DNA of 64,000 bases from an uncultured delta proteobacterium (GTDB lineage Bacteria; Desulfobacterota; Binatia; HRBIN30; BPIQ01): assembly GCA_963761335.1 (NCBI GenBank), contig CAVXGR010000015.1:192001-256000 (forward strand), read 5' to 3'. The position numbers and the translations under genes were made by a program. Under the pieces are notes generated by a model. That model was given only the letters and a program-made list of their open reading frames with translations, had not been told where the DNA came from and ran no database searches. Shown here one piece after another: positions 39,712 through 50,396 of this stretch (position 1 is its first letter; the number at the start of each line of letters is the position of its first letter).

Positions 39712-40425
39712 ATGCCATTCATCGCCAGAGTGCGGAACCTGATGGGCGGCTTCCTGTCGGAGTGGATCGGCCGGCGCGAGCACCGCAATCCGGAGGCCGT
39801 CTACGAGGCGGCGATCCAGGAACGCCTGCAGCGCTACGAGAAGCTGCGGCAGGCGGCGGCGGGTGTTCTCTACATGCGCGGCAAGCTGTCGCGCGAGCTG
39901 GATCTGCGCTCGGCGGAGCTCACCCGCCTGAGCCGGCAGCTCGAGATCGCCGTCGAGGAGGACGACGACCCTGTCGCCCTGACGCTGATCACCCGCCGCG
40001 ACGCCGTCAACGGCGAGGTCGAGCGGCTCACTGCCGAGCTCGCCGAGCTCACCACCGAGGCCGAGGCGGCGAAGAAAAACCTCATCGCCTTTCAGGACGA
40101 GATCCTGCGCCTGCGCGACGAGAAGGTGCGCATGGCGGCGCGGCTGGCGAATGCGCGGGCGCGGCTGCGCCTGCAGAAGACGCTCGGCGGCTTCTCCGCC
40201 GACGCCGACATCCGCGCCCTCGACGCGGTGCGAGACTACATCAATCGCACCGTTTCCGAGGTGCAGCTGAGCCGCGACCTCGGCGACGCCGATCTGGCGG
40301 AGCGCCTGGGGAGCATCCGCGAGGCGGAGTCCGAGGCCGCGGCGCGGGCGCAGCTGCGCGAGCTCAAGCGAAGCCGCCGGCGCAAGCTGCTGCCCGTGGC
40401 ACTGCCGGCGGCGTCCACCTCGTGA
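39712..40425 (+). CDS. PspA/IM30 family protein
   Basis: Coiled coil, NPEAVYEAAI, co-transcribed with HK-RR. Confidence 0.75.
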   Translation: MPFIARVRNLMGGFLSEWIGRREHRNPEAVYEAAIQERLQRYEKLRQAAAGVLYMRGKLSRELDLRSAELTRLSRQLEIAVEEDDDPVALTLITRRDAVNGEVERLTAELAELTTEAEAAKKNLIAFQDEILRLRDEKVRMAARLANARARLRLQKTLGGFSADADIRALDAVRDYINRTVSEVQLSRDLGDADLAERLGSIREAESEAAARAQLRELKRSRRRKLLPVALPAASTS

Positions 40426-40441
40426 GGCCGCCGGCAGCGCC

Positions 40442-41002
40442 TCAGAACTCCTCGATCGGTTCCTCCACCTGATACATGATGGCGACCACCTTGCGGTCCG
40501 GATTGCCCGGGTCGCTGGCGATTACCACATTGGTGATCAGCTGTCCCTTGCGGAACGACAGGAACGACTGGTGCTCGGTCTGGTATTCCTGCTCGACCTT
40601 GTAGCCCTTGGGCGTGAGATCCTGCTTGTAGAAGTCGAAGATCTCCGCCGGCGTCCCCTCGTTGGTGCTGAAGATGACGTTGTGGGCGCCGCCGCCGAGC
40701 TTCTGCACGGCGCTCACCGTGGCGCCCTTGAAGATCGGCACGTCGGACGGGAAGTCCTCCGGGAGCTTGGCGGCCTCGGTGCCCGGTGTGGCCACGGCGG
40801 GCGTGGTGGGGCGCGGCGACGGGGTGGCCATTTCCTCCTTGGGCGAGGCCATCGGCGCGATCGTCGCCTGGAATCCCGGGGCGCGCGTCGGCAGCGCCGC
40901 CGGTGCCGGCGGCACCGCCGGCGCCTGCTCGCGGCAGGTGCATGAGGCGAGCGACATACTGAGGAAAAGCGCATTGACGGCGTGGGCGAACTTCAATTTC
41001 AT
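40442..41002 (-). CDS. Hypothetical lipoprotein
   Basis: Lipobox LASC, Pro/Thr linker, LPEDFPSDVPIFKGA domain. Confidence 0.7.
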   Translation of the reverse strand: MKLKFAHAVNALFLSMSLASCTCREQAPAVPPAPAALPTRAPGFQATIAPMASPKEEMATPSPRPTTPAVATPGTEAAKLPEDFPSDVPIFKGATVSAVQKLGGGAHNVIFSTNEGTPAEIFDFYKQDLTPKGYKVEQEYQTEHQSFLSFRKGQLITNVVIASDPGNPDRKVVAIMYQVEEPIEEF

Positions 41003-41259
41003 GGGGCTCTCCTTGCTGAGTCTCCGCTCCCCCCGCTGATTATACGAAACCGGGGGCAAGTGGAACTGGGTTCGCTGCCACTGCCGCGAGGCGGCCGGTC
41101 ATTGTCCTTGGTGCGGTATTGGCACGGACGGGCAATGTTGCTACGTATAGCGGACCCGAGCGCAGCTTCCCTCGACGTGACAATCTCACCAGATATCTCA
41201 CCGTATGCACAGACGGTCGGATTGCCGAGCGCATTCGACCGCCGGCGGCGGAATTCTTG

Positions 41260-42468
41260 ATGCCCGACAAATTCTGTAGCCAGTGCGGCGCCGAGCTTCT
41301 TGCCGACGCCAGGTTCTGCATGCAGTGCGGCCGTGCCCTGAAGGGGGGCCGTGTGCCGGCTGCCCGACCGGCGTTCCACCTCGGTCGCTGGGCGCCCGCG
41401 GTGGTCTTCGGCGGCGTCGTGTTGATCGGCTCCGTAGCCGTTCTCTTCGCCCTCTACAAGCCCGCGGTGGCGCCTTCGGTCCCCGGCCGGGCGGCGCCCG
41501 ACAGCGCCCCCTCGGGTGGCGCCATGAACGGCGGCGCCATGCCTCCGGGCCATCCGCCCCTCGAGATCCCCGAGGACGTGAAGAAGACGCTGGCGGATCT
41601 ACGCCAGCAGGCGGAAGCCGCCCCCGACGACCTCGAGGCGTGGAATCGGCTCGCCGGCGCCGAGTACCGCGCCGGTCAGCTCGACCGCAGCTATCTGTCC
41701 AAGGCCGAGCAAGCGTATCTCCACATCCTGCAGAAGACGCCGAAGGATCTGGAGGCCCTGCGCACTCTCGGCAACATCGCCTTCGACCGCGACCAGTCGG
41801 AGCAGGCGATCGACTACTACAAGCGCTATCTCGCTGTGAAGCCGGACGACATCAATGTGAAGACCGACATGGCGACCATGTATCTCGCCAAGGGAGAGGC
41901 GGAGACCGCGATCGGCATGTACCAAAAGGTGCTTGCGGAGAAGCCGGGCTTCTTCCAGCCGCTCTTCAACCTCGGCATCGCCTACAAGGCGAGCGGTGAC
42001 GCGGAGAAGTCGAAGGAGTACTTCGAGCAGGCGAAGAAAGCGGCTCCCGACGACCGCGCGCGCGCCCAGGTGGACGAGGTGATGGCGCGCGCCTTCGGCA
42101 CGCCGGCGGCTCCCGGCTCGGAGGTCGAGCAGATGGCCGAGCAGCAAGGCGCTGCGCCCGCGCAGGTGCCGGCACCGGCCGCCGGGGGCAACGCCTTCGA
42201 GCAGTCGGTGGAGGCGATCTTCCGCAACCATCCGATGCTCTCTCCCAAGCTCGATCACTTCGCCTGGTCCGACGGCGATGCCAAGGTGAAGGTCTTTCTG
42301 CACGACTTCCCTATGGGAGCCATGCCCGACGCGATCCGCGAGCGCTTCGCCGATCACATCCGTACCGAGCTGACGCAGAGCAAGCAGGCCGCCGGCAAGA
42401 CGACGCCGGTGACCGTCGAGCTCGTCGACGCCGGTACCCAGTCGGTGATGGATACGGTGACCCAGTGA
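41260..42468 (+). CDS. Zinc-ribbon + TM + TPR protein
   Basis: FCSQCG..FCMQCG, TM segment, MPPGHPP, TPR repeats. Confidence 0.8.
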   Translation: MPDKFCSQCGAELLADARFCMQCGRALKGGRVPAARPAFHLGRWAPAVVFGGVVLIGSVAVLFALYKPAVAPSVPGRAAPDSAPSGGAMNGGAMPPGHPPLEIPEDVKKTLADLRQQAEAAPDDLEAWNRLAGAEYRAGQLDRSYLSKAEQAYLHILQKTPKDLEALRTLGNIAFDRDQSEQAIDYYKRYLAVKPDDINVKTDMATMYLAKGEAETAIGMYQKVLAEKPGFFQPLFNLGIAYKASGDAEKSKEYFEQAKKAAPDDRARAQVDEVMARAFGTPAAPGSEVEQMAEQQGAAPAQVPAPAAGGNAFEQSVEAIFRNHPMLSPKLDHFAWSDGDAKVKVFLHDFPMGAMPDAIRERFADHIRTELTQSKQAAGKTTPVTVELVDAGTQSVMDTVTQ

Positions 42469-42511
42469 ACGCCGTCGCCGCTGGGGATCTGCACCGCTGA
42501 GGATCCCGGCC

Positions 42512-43447
42512 GTGGCCAAGCCGGTGCACTTCGGGCTGCGGGTGCCCCAGGAGGTCGCCGACCCGGCTCTGCTGCGGCGCGCCGCACAGACGGCCGAGCG
42601 CTGCGGCTATCAGTCACTCTGGGTCTTCGACCATTTCTACCATTTCCCCCGGCCGGACAACGCCGCGGTGCTCGAGGCGTTCACGGCGATGTCGCTGCTC
42701 GCCGGATGGACGGAGACGGCGCGCATCGGCTCGCTGGTGCTCTGCAACGGCTATCGGCCGCCGGCGCTGACGGCGAAGATGGCGGCGACCCTGGACGTGC
42801 TCAGCAGCGGCCGGCTCGATCTCGGCTACGGCGCCGGCTGGCACGGCGAGGAGCACGCCGGCTACGGCTATGGCTTCCCGCCGCTGCCGGAGCGCATTGC
42901 CCGCATGGAGGAGGCGCTGGCGGTGATCAAGCTTCTGTGGGAAGGCGGCCCGGCGAGCTTCAGCGGCGCGCATTACCAGCTGCGCGAGGCCCTCTGTCAG
43001 CCGCTGCCGGTGCAGCGGCCGCATCCGCCGATCACCATCGGCGGCGGTGGCGAGCGCTTGCTGCTGCGCGCCGTCGCCCGGCACGCGGACGTGTGGAACT
43101 ACTTCCCGGTGCCGCTGCTCGAGTACGAGCGCAAGATCGCGGCCCTGGAGGAGCACTGCCGCAACCTCGGCCGCGATCCGGCGTCGATCCGCCGCTCGCT
43201 GCTGGTGCCGATCATCACCGCCCGCCGCGAGAAGGAGGTGCGCGATCAGCTCGAGGAAGCCACGGCGCGCGGCTTCATTTGGGCGCGAGCCGGTCGTTTC
43301 GTTCAGGGGACTCCCGACATCGTCGTGCCGCGCCTGCGCGACTACGTGCGCCGCGGCGTGTCCATGTTCATTCTCGCCCTGCCCGATCCGACGAATCTGG
43401 AGCACATCGAGTTCGTCGCCCGGGAGGTCGTCGAGGAGCTGGCATAG
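42512..43447 (+). CDS. LLM-class flavin/F420-dependent oxidoreductase
   Basis: WVFDHF, AKMAATLDVLSSGRL, PVQRPHPPITIGGGGE. Confidence 0.9.
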   Translation: MAKPVHFGLRVPQEVADPALLRRAAQTAERCGYQSLWVFDHFYHFPRPDNAAVLEAFTAMSLLAGWTETARIGSLVLCNGYRPPALTAKMAATLDVLSSGRLDLGYGAGWHGEEHAGYGYGFPPLPERIARMEEALAVIKLLWEGGPASFSGAHYQLREALCQPLPVQRPHPPITIGGGGERLLLRAVARHADVWNYFPVPLLEYERKIAALEEHCRNLGRDPASIRRSLLVPIITARREKEVRDQLEEATARGFIWARAGRFVQGTPDIVVPRLRDYVRRGVSMFILALPDPTNLEHIEFVAREVVEELA

Positions 43448-44043
43448 TCCTGCTGGACCGCGACTTCTTCCGGCGCGACGCCGTGAGCCTGGCGCGCGCT
43501 CTGCTGGGTGCGGTGCTGGTCCACGACGCGCCACGGGGGCGCGCCTCCGGCCGCATCGTCGAGGTCGAGGCCTACCGCGGCCCCCGCGATCGCGCCGCGC
43601 ACTCCTACGGGCTGCGGCGCACACCGCGCAACGAGGTGATGTACGGTCCGCCCGGACATGCCTACGTCTACTTCGTCTACGGCATGCACTTCTGCTTCAA
43701 CGTCGTCGGTGCCGAGGTCGACTGCCCCGAGGCCGTTCTGGTGCGCGGCGTCGAGCCGCTGGAGGGCCTGGAGCAGATGCGGCTGCGCCGTGCCCTGCGC
43801 GACGGCGTCCCCGACGCGGCGTTGCTGCGCGGCCCGGGCAACGTCTGCCGCGGCATGGGCATCGACCGCAGCCACAACGGCGCCGACCTGCTGGACGGTG
43901 CGCTGCGTATCGAGCCCGGTGAGCCCGTGGCGTCGCGGCAGATCGCCCGCGCCCCCCGCGTCGGCGTCGACTACGCCGGTGCCGATGCGCAGCGGTTGTG
44001 GCGCTTCTACGTCCGCGACAGTCCGGCGGTGTCGAAGCGCTGA
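43444..44043 (+). CDS. mpg: 3-methyladenine DNA glycosylase; start codon uncertain
   Basis: GRIVEVEAY, DRAAHS, GHAYVYFVYGMHFC.N, RVGVDYAG, WRFY. Confidence 0.9.
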   Translation: MVLLDRDFFRRDAVSLARALLGAVLVHDAPRGRASGRIVEVEAYRGPRDRAAHSYGLRRTPRNEVMYGPPGHAYVYFVYGMHFCFNVVGAEVDCPEAVLVRGVEPLEGLEQMRLRRALRDGVPDAALLRGPGNVCRGMGIDRSHNGADLLDGALRIEPGEPVASRQIARAPRVGVDYAGADAQRLWRFYVRDSPAVSKR

Positions 44044-44152
44044 CGCCACTGGGAGCGCGGCCATCCTGGCCGCAGAGGTGCTCCCCAAAGTAGAAGCGCC
44101 GTCTCGGCGCTTCCCGAAGCGGCGAGACGCCGCTTCTACCTTTTTGACCGGC

Positions 44153-45610
44153 TCACTGCGCCGCGGTCGCCAGATCGAGCTCCCAGTACAGGAAGTTCGT
44201 GGTCTGGTCGAGGATCTCGGTCCGGTGCTGCGAGTAGGGTACGTGACCGGCGCCGGACCACGACGTGAGGTAGGAGTCGAGGCCGGCGGCCATCGCCTGA
44301 TTCCAGGTGTCGACCGCCCACTGGTACGGGACGACGGTGTCCGAGGTCCCGTGGAACAGCAGGCTCGGTGCGTCGCCGGAATCGATCACGGCGAACAGGC
44401 CCAGGACCTGGGCACCCGACAGCGATACCGCCCCGCCTACCGCCGCCGTCGGATCCTCACTGGAGTTGAAGCCGACGTGCAGTGCCGTGATCGCGCCGGC
44501 GGACGAGCCGCCGATCGCGATACGCGTTTGGTCGATGCCGTAGGTCGGCGCGTTCGTTCGCAGGAAGCGGACAGCCGTCTGCGCGTCCGCGAGCGCTTCC
44601 TGGATCGCGATGACGCAGGTCAGGGTCGGCGTGCTCGCGGAGCAGCCGCCAGGCTCGAGGCGATAGTTGATCGAGACGTTGAAATAGCCCTTCTTGGCAA
44701 AGGTGGTCGCTTCGTCGACGATCTCCGCCGAGGTCTTGTCGCCACAGCAGAACGAGCCGCCGTGCACCCAGACGATCGCGGGCCGCTCGGTCACCGAGTC
44801 GCCCGTGGGCTCGTAGGTGTCGAGCTGCAGCGTGACCGTCTGACCCGAGTTGTTGACGGCGCTGCCGTAGGTCATGTCGGTGGTCGTGCTCACGGCGGAG
44901 AACACCTGATCGCGATAGCGCAAGGGCGCCGGCCCGGTCGGCGAGATGTACGGGAGCCCGAGGGTGGGCGTCGCGGTGATCGTCGGCGTCGTGGTGATCG
45001 TGGGGGTCGGGGTGATCGTGGGCGTCGACGCCGGTGGGCATGTTCCCTCCCCGCTCGGCTTCGTGACCTTGAACAGGGCGGCCCCGTTGTTCTTCACCTG
45101 ACCGCTCGCGAACTGCACGCTGTACGAATCTCCTCCGCCGATGGTGAGGAGCACGCAGCCATCGGCGCCCGGATTCGGTGGGACGACCGCTACCGGCCCC
45201 CGCTTTCCGTCGACGACGACCTTGATCCGGAAGACTCCGTTTCTGAGCCGGATCACAGCGCTCTTCACCGGGCCGTTCTCGCCATGCGCATCGCGGTACT
45301 TGAACCCCTTCACGGCATCGCCGCTCCAGAAGGCCTTCAGGCTCATTGAGCTCGTGCCGGCGGGCAAGGAGTACGTCTCCTCACTGTGGACGGCGCCGTT
45401 GACGGCAACGGTCACGGTCGCCCCATTGGTTGCGGGGTTGCCCACCAGGGTGTCGTCGCTGGCGACCTCCTTTGCCCTGACGATGATCTTCCGTCTGGCG
45501 GCCGTGCTCGGGTTCTTCACCACCAAGGCGGTTCCGAGCACCGTTTGATCGGCGGCCTGAGCGACCGAGAAGGGGAAAACCAATAACGTTGCGAGCAGCA
45601 GACGGTGCAT
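44153..45610 (-). CDS. Secreted alpha/beta hydrolase (esterase) with N-terminal accessory domain and Thr/Pro linker
   Basis: Signal peptide, HGGSF, GSSAG, FHGTSDTVVP, GH. Confidence 0.88.
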   Translation of the reverse strand: MHRLLLATLLVFPFSVAQAADQTVLGTALVVKNPSTAARRKIIVRAKEVASDDTLVGNPATNGATVTVAVNGAVHSEETYSLPAGTSSMSLKAFWSGDAVKGFKYRDAHGENGPVKSAVIRLRNGVFRIKVVVDGKRGPVAVVPPNPGADGCVLLTIGGGDSYSVQFASGQVKNNGAALFKVTKPSGEGTCPPASTPTITPTPTITTTPTITATPTLGLPYISPTGPAPLRYRDQVFSAVSTTTDMTYGSAVNNSGQTVTLQLDTYEPTGDSVTERPAIVWVHGGSFCCGDKTSAEIVDEATTFAKKGYFNVSINYRLEPGGCSASTPTLTCVIAIQEALADAQTAVRFLRTNAPTYGIDQTRIAIGGSSAGAITALHVGFNSSEDPTAAVGGAVSLSGAQVLGLFAVIDSGDAPSLLFHGTSDTVVPYQWAVDTWNQAMAAGLDSYLTSWSGAGHVPYSQHRTEILDQTTNFLYWELDLATAAQ

Positions 45611-45654
45611 ATCAGATCCTCTCGTCGCCATGGTCAAGCCGAGCTTGGGCCAGA

Positions 45655-46235
45655 CTACCATCATTGACGGTATCCAGCTCAACCGTTTGTCCGTGCACGA
45701 GCCGGCGGAAGCGAAGAAAGCCGAGCGCGGCGTTGCATCCGTGGCCGGGAGCTAGGAGATCATTCGCCCCGGCGGGGCGCATCGGGGAAGGCGGCCCCGA
45801 GATCCCCGGGTCGGAGACCCGGGGATCCCGAAGTCGACGTCCGTTGGCGCCCCGTCAGGGGCGCGGGCGCGGTTTTGACAGAGGCCTCTGTCCCCGGGGT
45901 GGCACGCCTGCGCCCCCGGCGGGGCGCATCGGGGAAGGCGGACCCGGGCTCCCCGGGTCTCCGACCCGGGGAGCCCGAAGTCGACGTCCGTTGGCGCCCC
46001 TCCAGGGGCGCGGGCGCGGTTTTGACACAGACCTCTGTCCTCGGGGTGGCACGCCTGCGCCCCCGGCGGGGCGCATCGGGGAAGGCGGACCCGGGACCCC
46101 CGGGTCTCCGACCCGGGGCTACATGCCTGCGCCGCTTCGCGGCGCGATCCCCCGGCCCAAGTTGGGTCGTGGGCGATTTTGATTGGTAAGGGGATTTTCA
46201 AACGAAACGCGGTTGATCTCAGGATCCACCACTAC
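45655..46235. repeat. REP-rich dispersed element, family B copy 2, with internal 147-bp tandem amplification
   Basis: GGGGCGCATCGGGGAAGGCGG at 45774, 45921, 46068; ends shared with 17834-18204. Confidence 0.75.
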
Positions 46236-46311
46236 CTCCCCAGGGCGCAAATTGCTTTAGCGTCGCCCGGCCCATAGAATCCGCCCCATCCCGCCCGCAT
46301 CGGAGAGCGCA

Positions 46312-47121
46312 TTGATCGAGGAACCGTACTATCTTCCCATTGGCGACGAGGTGGAGGTGTTTCGCGCCGCCTACGAATGCCGCCTGCCCATTCTGCTGAA
46401 AGGCCCGACGGGCTGCGGCAAGACCCGCTTCGTCGAGTACATGGCGCACACCCTGCGCTCGTCCGGGGGTAACGGCTCGGAGGTCGCCGGCAACCTGATC
46501 ACGGTGGCCTGTCACGAGGATCTCACCGGCAGCGATCTGGTCGGCCGCTACCTGATCAAAGGAGACGAGACGGTGTGGATCGACGGGCCGCTCACCCAGG
46601 CGGTGCGCTGCGGCGCCTTCTGCTACCTCGATGAGATCGTCGAGGCGCGCAAGGACACCATCGTCCTCATCCACCCGCTCACCGACCACCGGCGCATTCT
46701 GCCGATCGACAAGAAGGGCGAGATCATCGAGGCGCATCCCGACTTCCTGCTGGTGATCTCCTACAACCCCGGCTACCAGAGCGTCCTCAAGGATCTCAAG
46801 CATTCGACCCGGCAGCGTTTCGTCACCATCGATTTCGATTACCCGCCGCGCGACAAGGAGGCTCGCATCATCGCCCACGAGAGCGGCCTGGAGCTGGATC
46901 AGGCGATGCAGCTGGCCAAGCTGGGAGAGAAGGTACGCCACCTGAAGGCCAGCGGCCTGGAGGAGGGCGTGAGCACGCGCCTGCTGATCTATGCCGGGCA
47001 GCTCATGCGCAAAGGCGTGCCCGCACACCGCGCCTGCGTGGTCGCCGTCAGCCGCTCGCTCACCGACGATCACGAGAGCCAGCGCGCCATCGACGAGATC
47101 GCCGGAGCGGTGTTCGCCTGA
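46312..47121 (+). CDS. CbbQ/NirQ/NorQ-family AAA+ ATPase
   Basis: [43 protein letters not shown]. Confidence 0.95.
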   Translation: MIEEPYYLPIGDEVEVFRAAYECRLPILLKGPTGCGKTRFVEYMAHTLRSSGGNGSEVAGNLITVACHEDLTGSDLVGRYLIKGDETVWIDGPLTQAVRCGAFCYLDEIVEARKDTIVLIHPLTDHRRILPIDKKGEIIEAHPDFLLVISYNPGYQSVLKDLKHSTRQRFVTIDFDYPPRDKEARIIAHESGLELDQAMQLAKLGEKVRHLKASGLEEGVSTRLLIYAGQLMRKGVPAHRACVVAVSRSLTDDHESQRAIDEIAGAVFA

Positions 47122-47127
47122 GGACGC

Positions 47128-50100
47128 GTGTCTGAGGTCCGCTCCCTCTGGTTCGAGAGCCATCTTCTCTCCAGCGCCTCCGGCCGCGGGGCGCGCCGCC
47201 GCTGTGAGGCGCTCGGGGCGGAGGCCAACACCGGCATCCTGACGTGGGGCGACCGGCTGGCGCGCCACTCGATCGCGGCGGCGCAGGAGTTCTATCGCCA
47301 GGCAGCCGAGGCGCACGCCGGCTTCGGCGCCGACTTCGACGAGTGGGTCGGCCTCGGCCTGCAGCTCTGCGAGAGCGATCCGCCCTTGCGCGACGCCGCC
47401 ACGTCCTTCTTCTCGATCGATTCCCGCCGCGCCGGGCGAGTCGGTCTCCCCGGGCTGCGGCGCTGGTTGACGATCGGCACGGGTCTCGGACGCATCTCGC
47501 GCAAGCTGGCCACGTCCTTCTGCGAGTCCACCGCCCCACTGGTGGGCGAGCTCGACAACGACGTCCTGGAGGCGTGGGCCGAGGAGGCGCGCCGCCTGCA
47601 CGGGCAGCAGGGGTGGCACGGGGAGTTCCTGGCACAGGCCTATCTCGCGGCGGGTCCGCGGGCGCTCCGCATCCTCTCGCCGCCGCAGTTCCCCCTCTGG
47701 GCCGGACTGGGTGCAGCGGTGCGCCGGGCGATGCGCGAGTCGGAGTTCTACGGCTCGCTGCCCGAAGAGCTGGCGGTCTGGTCGGACGACGATCGCGCCG
47801 CCTATCTGCGCGCCGCCCTCGGGCTCGCCATCGAGCAGCCGCAGCTGGCGGCGCGCTTCTATCGCGAGGCGGCGGCGTCGCTGCGTTCGCTCGACGGTGC
47901 AGTGCGCGCCGGTATCCTCAAGGCATGCGCGCTCTGTGCCAAGCGCGCGACCAGCGCCTTCGGCGACCTGATCCCCGTGCTCGGCGCCGTGGTCGGCGAT
48001 GTCCCCGATGAGCACCGCGCCGCCGCCGCGGCCCTGGCCGTCGAGGTCGCCGGCGTCTTTCCCGCGGCGGGGCCGGCGGTGATCCGCAGTCTTTCGCGCG
48101 CCTTCGAGGAGACCGGCCCCGACGGGGTTGCCGAGTGGGTGCGCCGCGGCCTGGCTCTCGCGGCCGCCAACCCGGCGGCGGCGATTCCATACTTTGCTCT
48201 CGAGTCGCGCACCAGCCTCAAGGTCCTGCGCGCTTCCTCCACGGCGGTGACCGTCGAGGAGGTCCAGGGCGTGCTGCGCAAGTTCATGCAGATGCTGAGC
48301 GGCCAGCCGGCGGTGGTGCGACCGGTTCCCCCGTACCGGCTGCGGGCGCCGCTCGAGGAGGTGCCGCTGGAGAACGAGGTGGCGGTGCCGCTCAAGATCG
48401 ACTGGCGCGACACGCACGAGGAGAACGAGCGCTGGTACCGCGTGCTTGCGGCGCTGCTCGCCGGCCGCCGCGAGTTCGGCACCTATCTCGCGGCTCCGCG
48501 CGGCGACAGCGGCGAGCCCCCCCGCAATGCCCTGAGCGAGCCTCCCGGCAGTGCCCTGGCAGTCTATCTGCGCGAGGACGACCGGCCCGAGCTGGTCGAG
48601 GAGCTCTTCCTGCTGGCCGATGGCTATCGCGTCGCCTGCTGCCTGCGCGCCTCCTATCCGGGGCTGGTGGCCGAGCTCGAATGGATCGGCGGCGAGATCC
48701 TCCACCTGTGGGCGGGCGGCGAGATCCTCCACCTGTGGGCGGGCGGCGAGATTGCCGAGCAGGACGTCGCCTTCGACTGCGTGCTTGCTCTGGGGCTGGC
48801 GCCGTCCGCGGCGCAGCCGCTTCCGGGTTGGCTGGAAACTCTGGCGCGGGTGATCCTTCCTTGCCTGGCGCCGCTGCAGATCGCCGGTGCCACCGCCGGG
48901 GACGCGCTCGCGGTCGCGGAGCAGCTCGCCGGGCTGCTGCGCGACGACGGCCGCCGCCGTCCGCGCCAGGACCAGTTCGAGTTCGGTGGGCTGATGCTGG
49001 AGAAGGTCACCGGCGATGCGCTGATCGACCCCTACTTCGACGACGAGGACGACGCGCCCTTCGATGCCACGGCGCCGCGCGTCCCGGCGGCGGCGCCGCC
49101 GCAGGCGGAGCTCGAGCTGCCGGAGGAGGCGCGCTTCCGCCTGGAAGAGGCGGACGAGGCAGCGGGGGGGAGTCGCCCGCTGAGCGCCGAGGAGCTGAAG
49201 CGGCTGCTCGAGTCGGGCGCGCAGCTGAAGATCAGCCAGGCACAGGGCGAGTCGGTGGAGGGCCTTGGTCTCTACATCACCGATCTGGTCGGTAAGATTC
49301 CCGCCGAGCAGATCGAGGAGCTGCGCCGCCTCCTGGGTGAGAGCGAGCGCGCCGAGCGCCGCTCGCCGCGCCGGTGGCTCGATCGCCGCGCCGAGGGCAC
49401 CGCCTTTCTCTACGACGAGTGGGACTACCACATCGCGGATTACCGCTCGCGGTGGTGTACGCTGCGCGAGGTCGGGGTCGACGGCGACTCCGGGCTCTTC
49501 TTCAACCAGACACTGGCCGAGTACGCCGCCATCCTGCCGGAGATCCGCCGCCAGTTTCAGCGCATTCGCCCGGAGATGTACCGCGTCGTGCGCGGTCTCG
49601 AGGACGGCGAGGACTTCGACCTGAACGCCGCCATCGCCGCCCGCGTCGACGCGCGCGCCCGCCGCTCGCCGTCGTCGAAGCTCTACGTGGCGCGCAAGCG
49701 CCAGGAGCGCGACGTCGCCACCCTGTTCCTGCTCGACATGAGCGCCTCCACCGATGAGCCCCTGGCCAAGCCGGCGCCGCTGGAGGTCGCCGACGGTCCC
49801 GAGGGGCTGCCGGCGATGCTGCCGCCGCGGCCGTCGGGGTCGCGCTCGCGGCGGATCATCGACGTGACCAAGGAGGCGCTGGTGGTGATGACCGAAGCCC
49901 TCGACGAGATCGGCGACGCCTACGCCATCTACGGCTTTTCCGGTCACGGCCGCGACAACGTCGAGTTCTATCTCGTCAAGTCGTTCAACGAGCAGCTCAC
50001 CGCCGCCGCCAAGGGACGCATCGGCTGCATCGAGCCAAAGCGCAGCACCCGCATGGGGGCGGCCCTGCGCCACGCCATCGAGAAGATGTCGGCGGTAAGC

Positions 50101-50382
50101 TCGGCTTCCAAGCACCTGATTCTGCTGAGCGATGGCTTTCCGCAGGACTTCGACTACGGCCAGGACCGACGCAGCAACACCTACGGCATTCGCGATACCA
50201 CCATGGCGCTGCGCGAGGCCGAGGCGGCGGGCATCACTCCGTTCTGCATCACCGTCGACAAGGCCGGCCACGATTACCTCCGGGAGATGTGCGACGCCTC
50301 TCGTTACATGATCATCGAGGACATCGGCAACCTGCCGCGCGAGCTGCCGAAGATCTACCAGCGCATCGTCTCGGCGGCGTGA
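47128..50382 (+). CDS. Large NorD/CbbO-like VWA protein
   Basis: YDEWDY, DMSAST (MIDAS), TRMGAALRHA, LSDGFP. Confidence 0.88.
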   Translation: MSEVRSLWFESHLLSSASGRGARRRCEALGAEANTGILTWGDRLARHSIAAAQEFYRQAAEAHAGFGADFDEWVGLGLQLCESDPPLRDAATSFFSIDSRRAGRVGLPGLRRWLTIGTGLGRISRKLATSFCESTAPLVGELDNDVLEAWAEEARRLHGQQGWHGEFLAQAYLAAGPRALRILSPPQFPLWAGLGAAVRRAMRESEFYGSLPEELAVWSDDDRAAYLRAALGLAIEQPQLAARFYREAAASLRSLDGAVRAGILKACALCAKRATSAFGDLIPVLGAVVGDVPDEHRAAAAALAVEVAGVFPAAGPAVIRSLSRAFEETGPDGVAEWVRRGLALAAANPAAAIPYFALESRTSLKVLRASSTAVTVEEVQGVLRKFMQMLSGQPAVVRPVPPYRLRAPLEEVPLENEVAVPLKIDWRDTHEENERWYRVLAALLAGRREFGTYLAAPRGDSGEPPRNALSEPPGSALAVYLREDDRPELVEELFLLADGYRVACCLRASYPGLVAELEWIGGEILHLWAGGEILHLWAGGEIAEQDVAFDCVLALGLAPSAAQPLPGWLETLARVILPCLAPLQIAGATAGDALAVAEQLAGLLRDDGRRRPRQDQFEFGGLMLEKVTGDALIDPYFDDEDDAPFDATAPRVPAAAPPQAELELPEEARFRLEEADEAAGGSRPLSAEELKRLLESGAQLKISQAQGESVEGLGLYITDLVGKIPAEQIEELRRLLGESERAERRSPRRWLDRRAEGTAFLYDEWDYHIADYRSRWCTLREVGVDGDSGLFFNQTLAEYAAILPEIRRQFQRIRPEMYRVVRGLEDGEDFDLNAAIAARVDARARRSPSSKLYVARKRQERDVATLFLLDMSASTDEPLAKPAPLEVADGPEGLPAMLPPRPSGSRSRRIIDVTKEALVVMTEALDEIGDAYAIYGFSGHGRDNVEFYLVKSFNEQLTAAAKGRIGCIEPKRSTRMGAALRHAIEKMSAVSSASKHLILLSDGFPQDFDYGQDRRSNTYGIRDTTMALREAEAAGITPFCITVDKAGHDYLREMCDASRYMIIEDIGNLPRELPKIYQRIVSAA

Positions 50383-50396
50383 GCGGGAGGAGAGGG

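Noticed and set aside
41120..41135. Sigma54 promoter TGGCACGGACGGGCA
   Set aside because: GC spacing is off by one; the similar TGGCATGATAGTTGG near 33889 lacks the -12 GC
45750..46140. CRISPR array
   Set aside because: Units repeat over their whole length with no unique spacers, and there are no cas genes
46219..50271. Very long antisense ORFs (also 26203-29967 and others)
   Set aside because: Shadow ORFs of real genes in GC-rich DNA with no recognisable motifs
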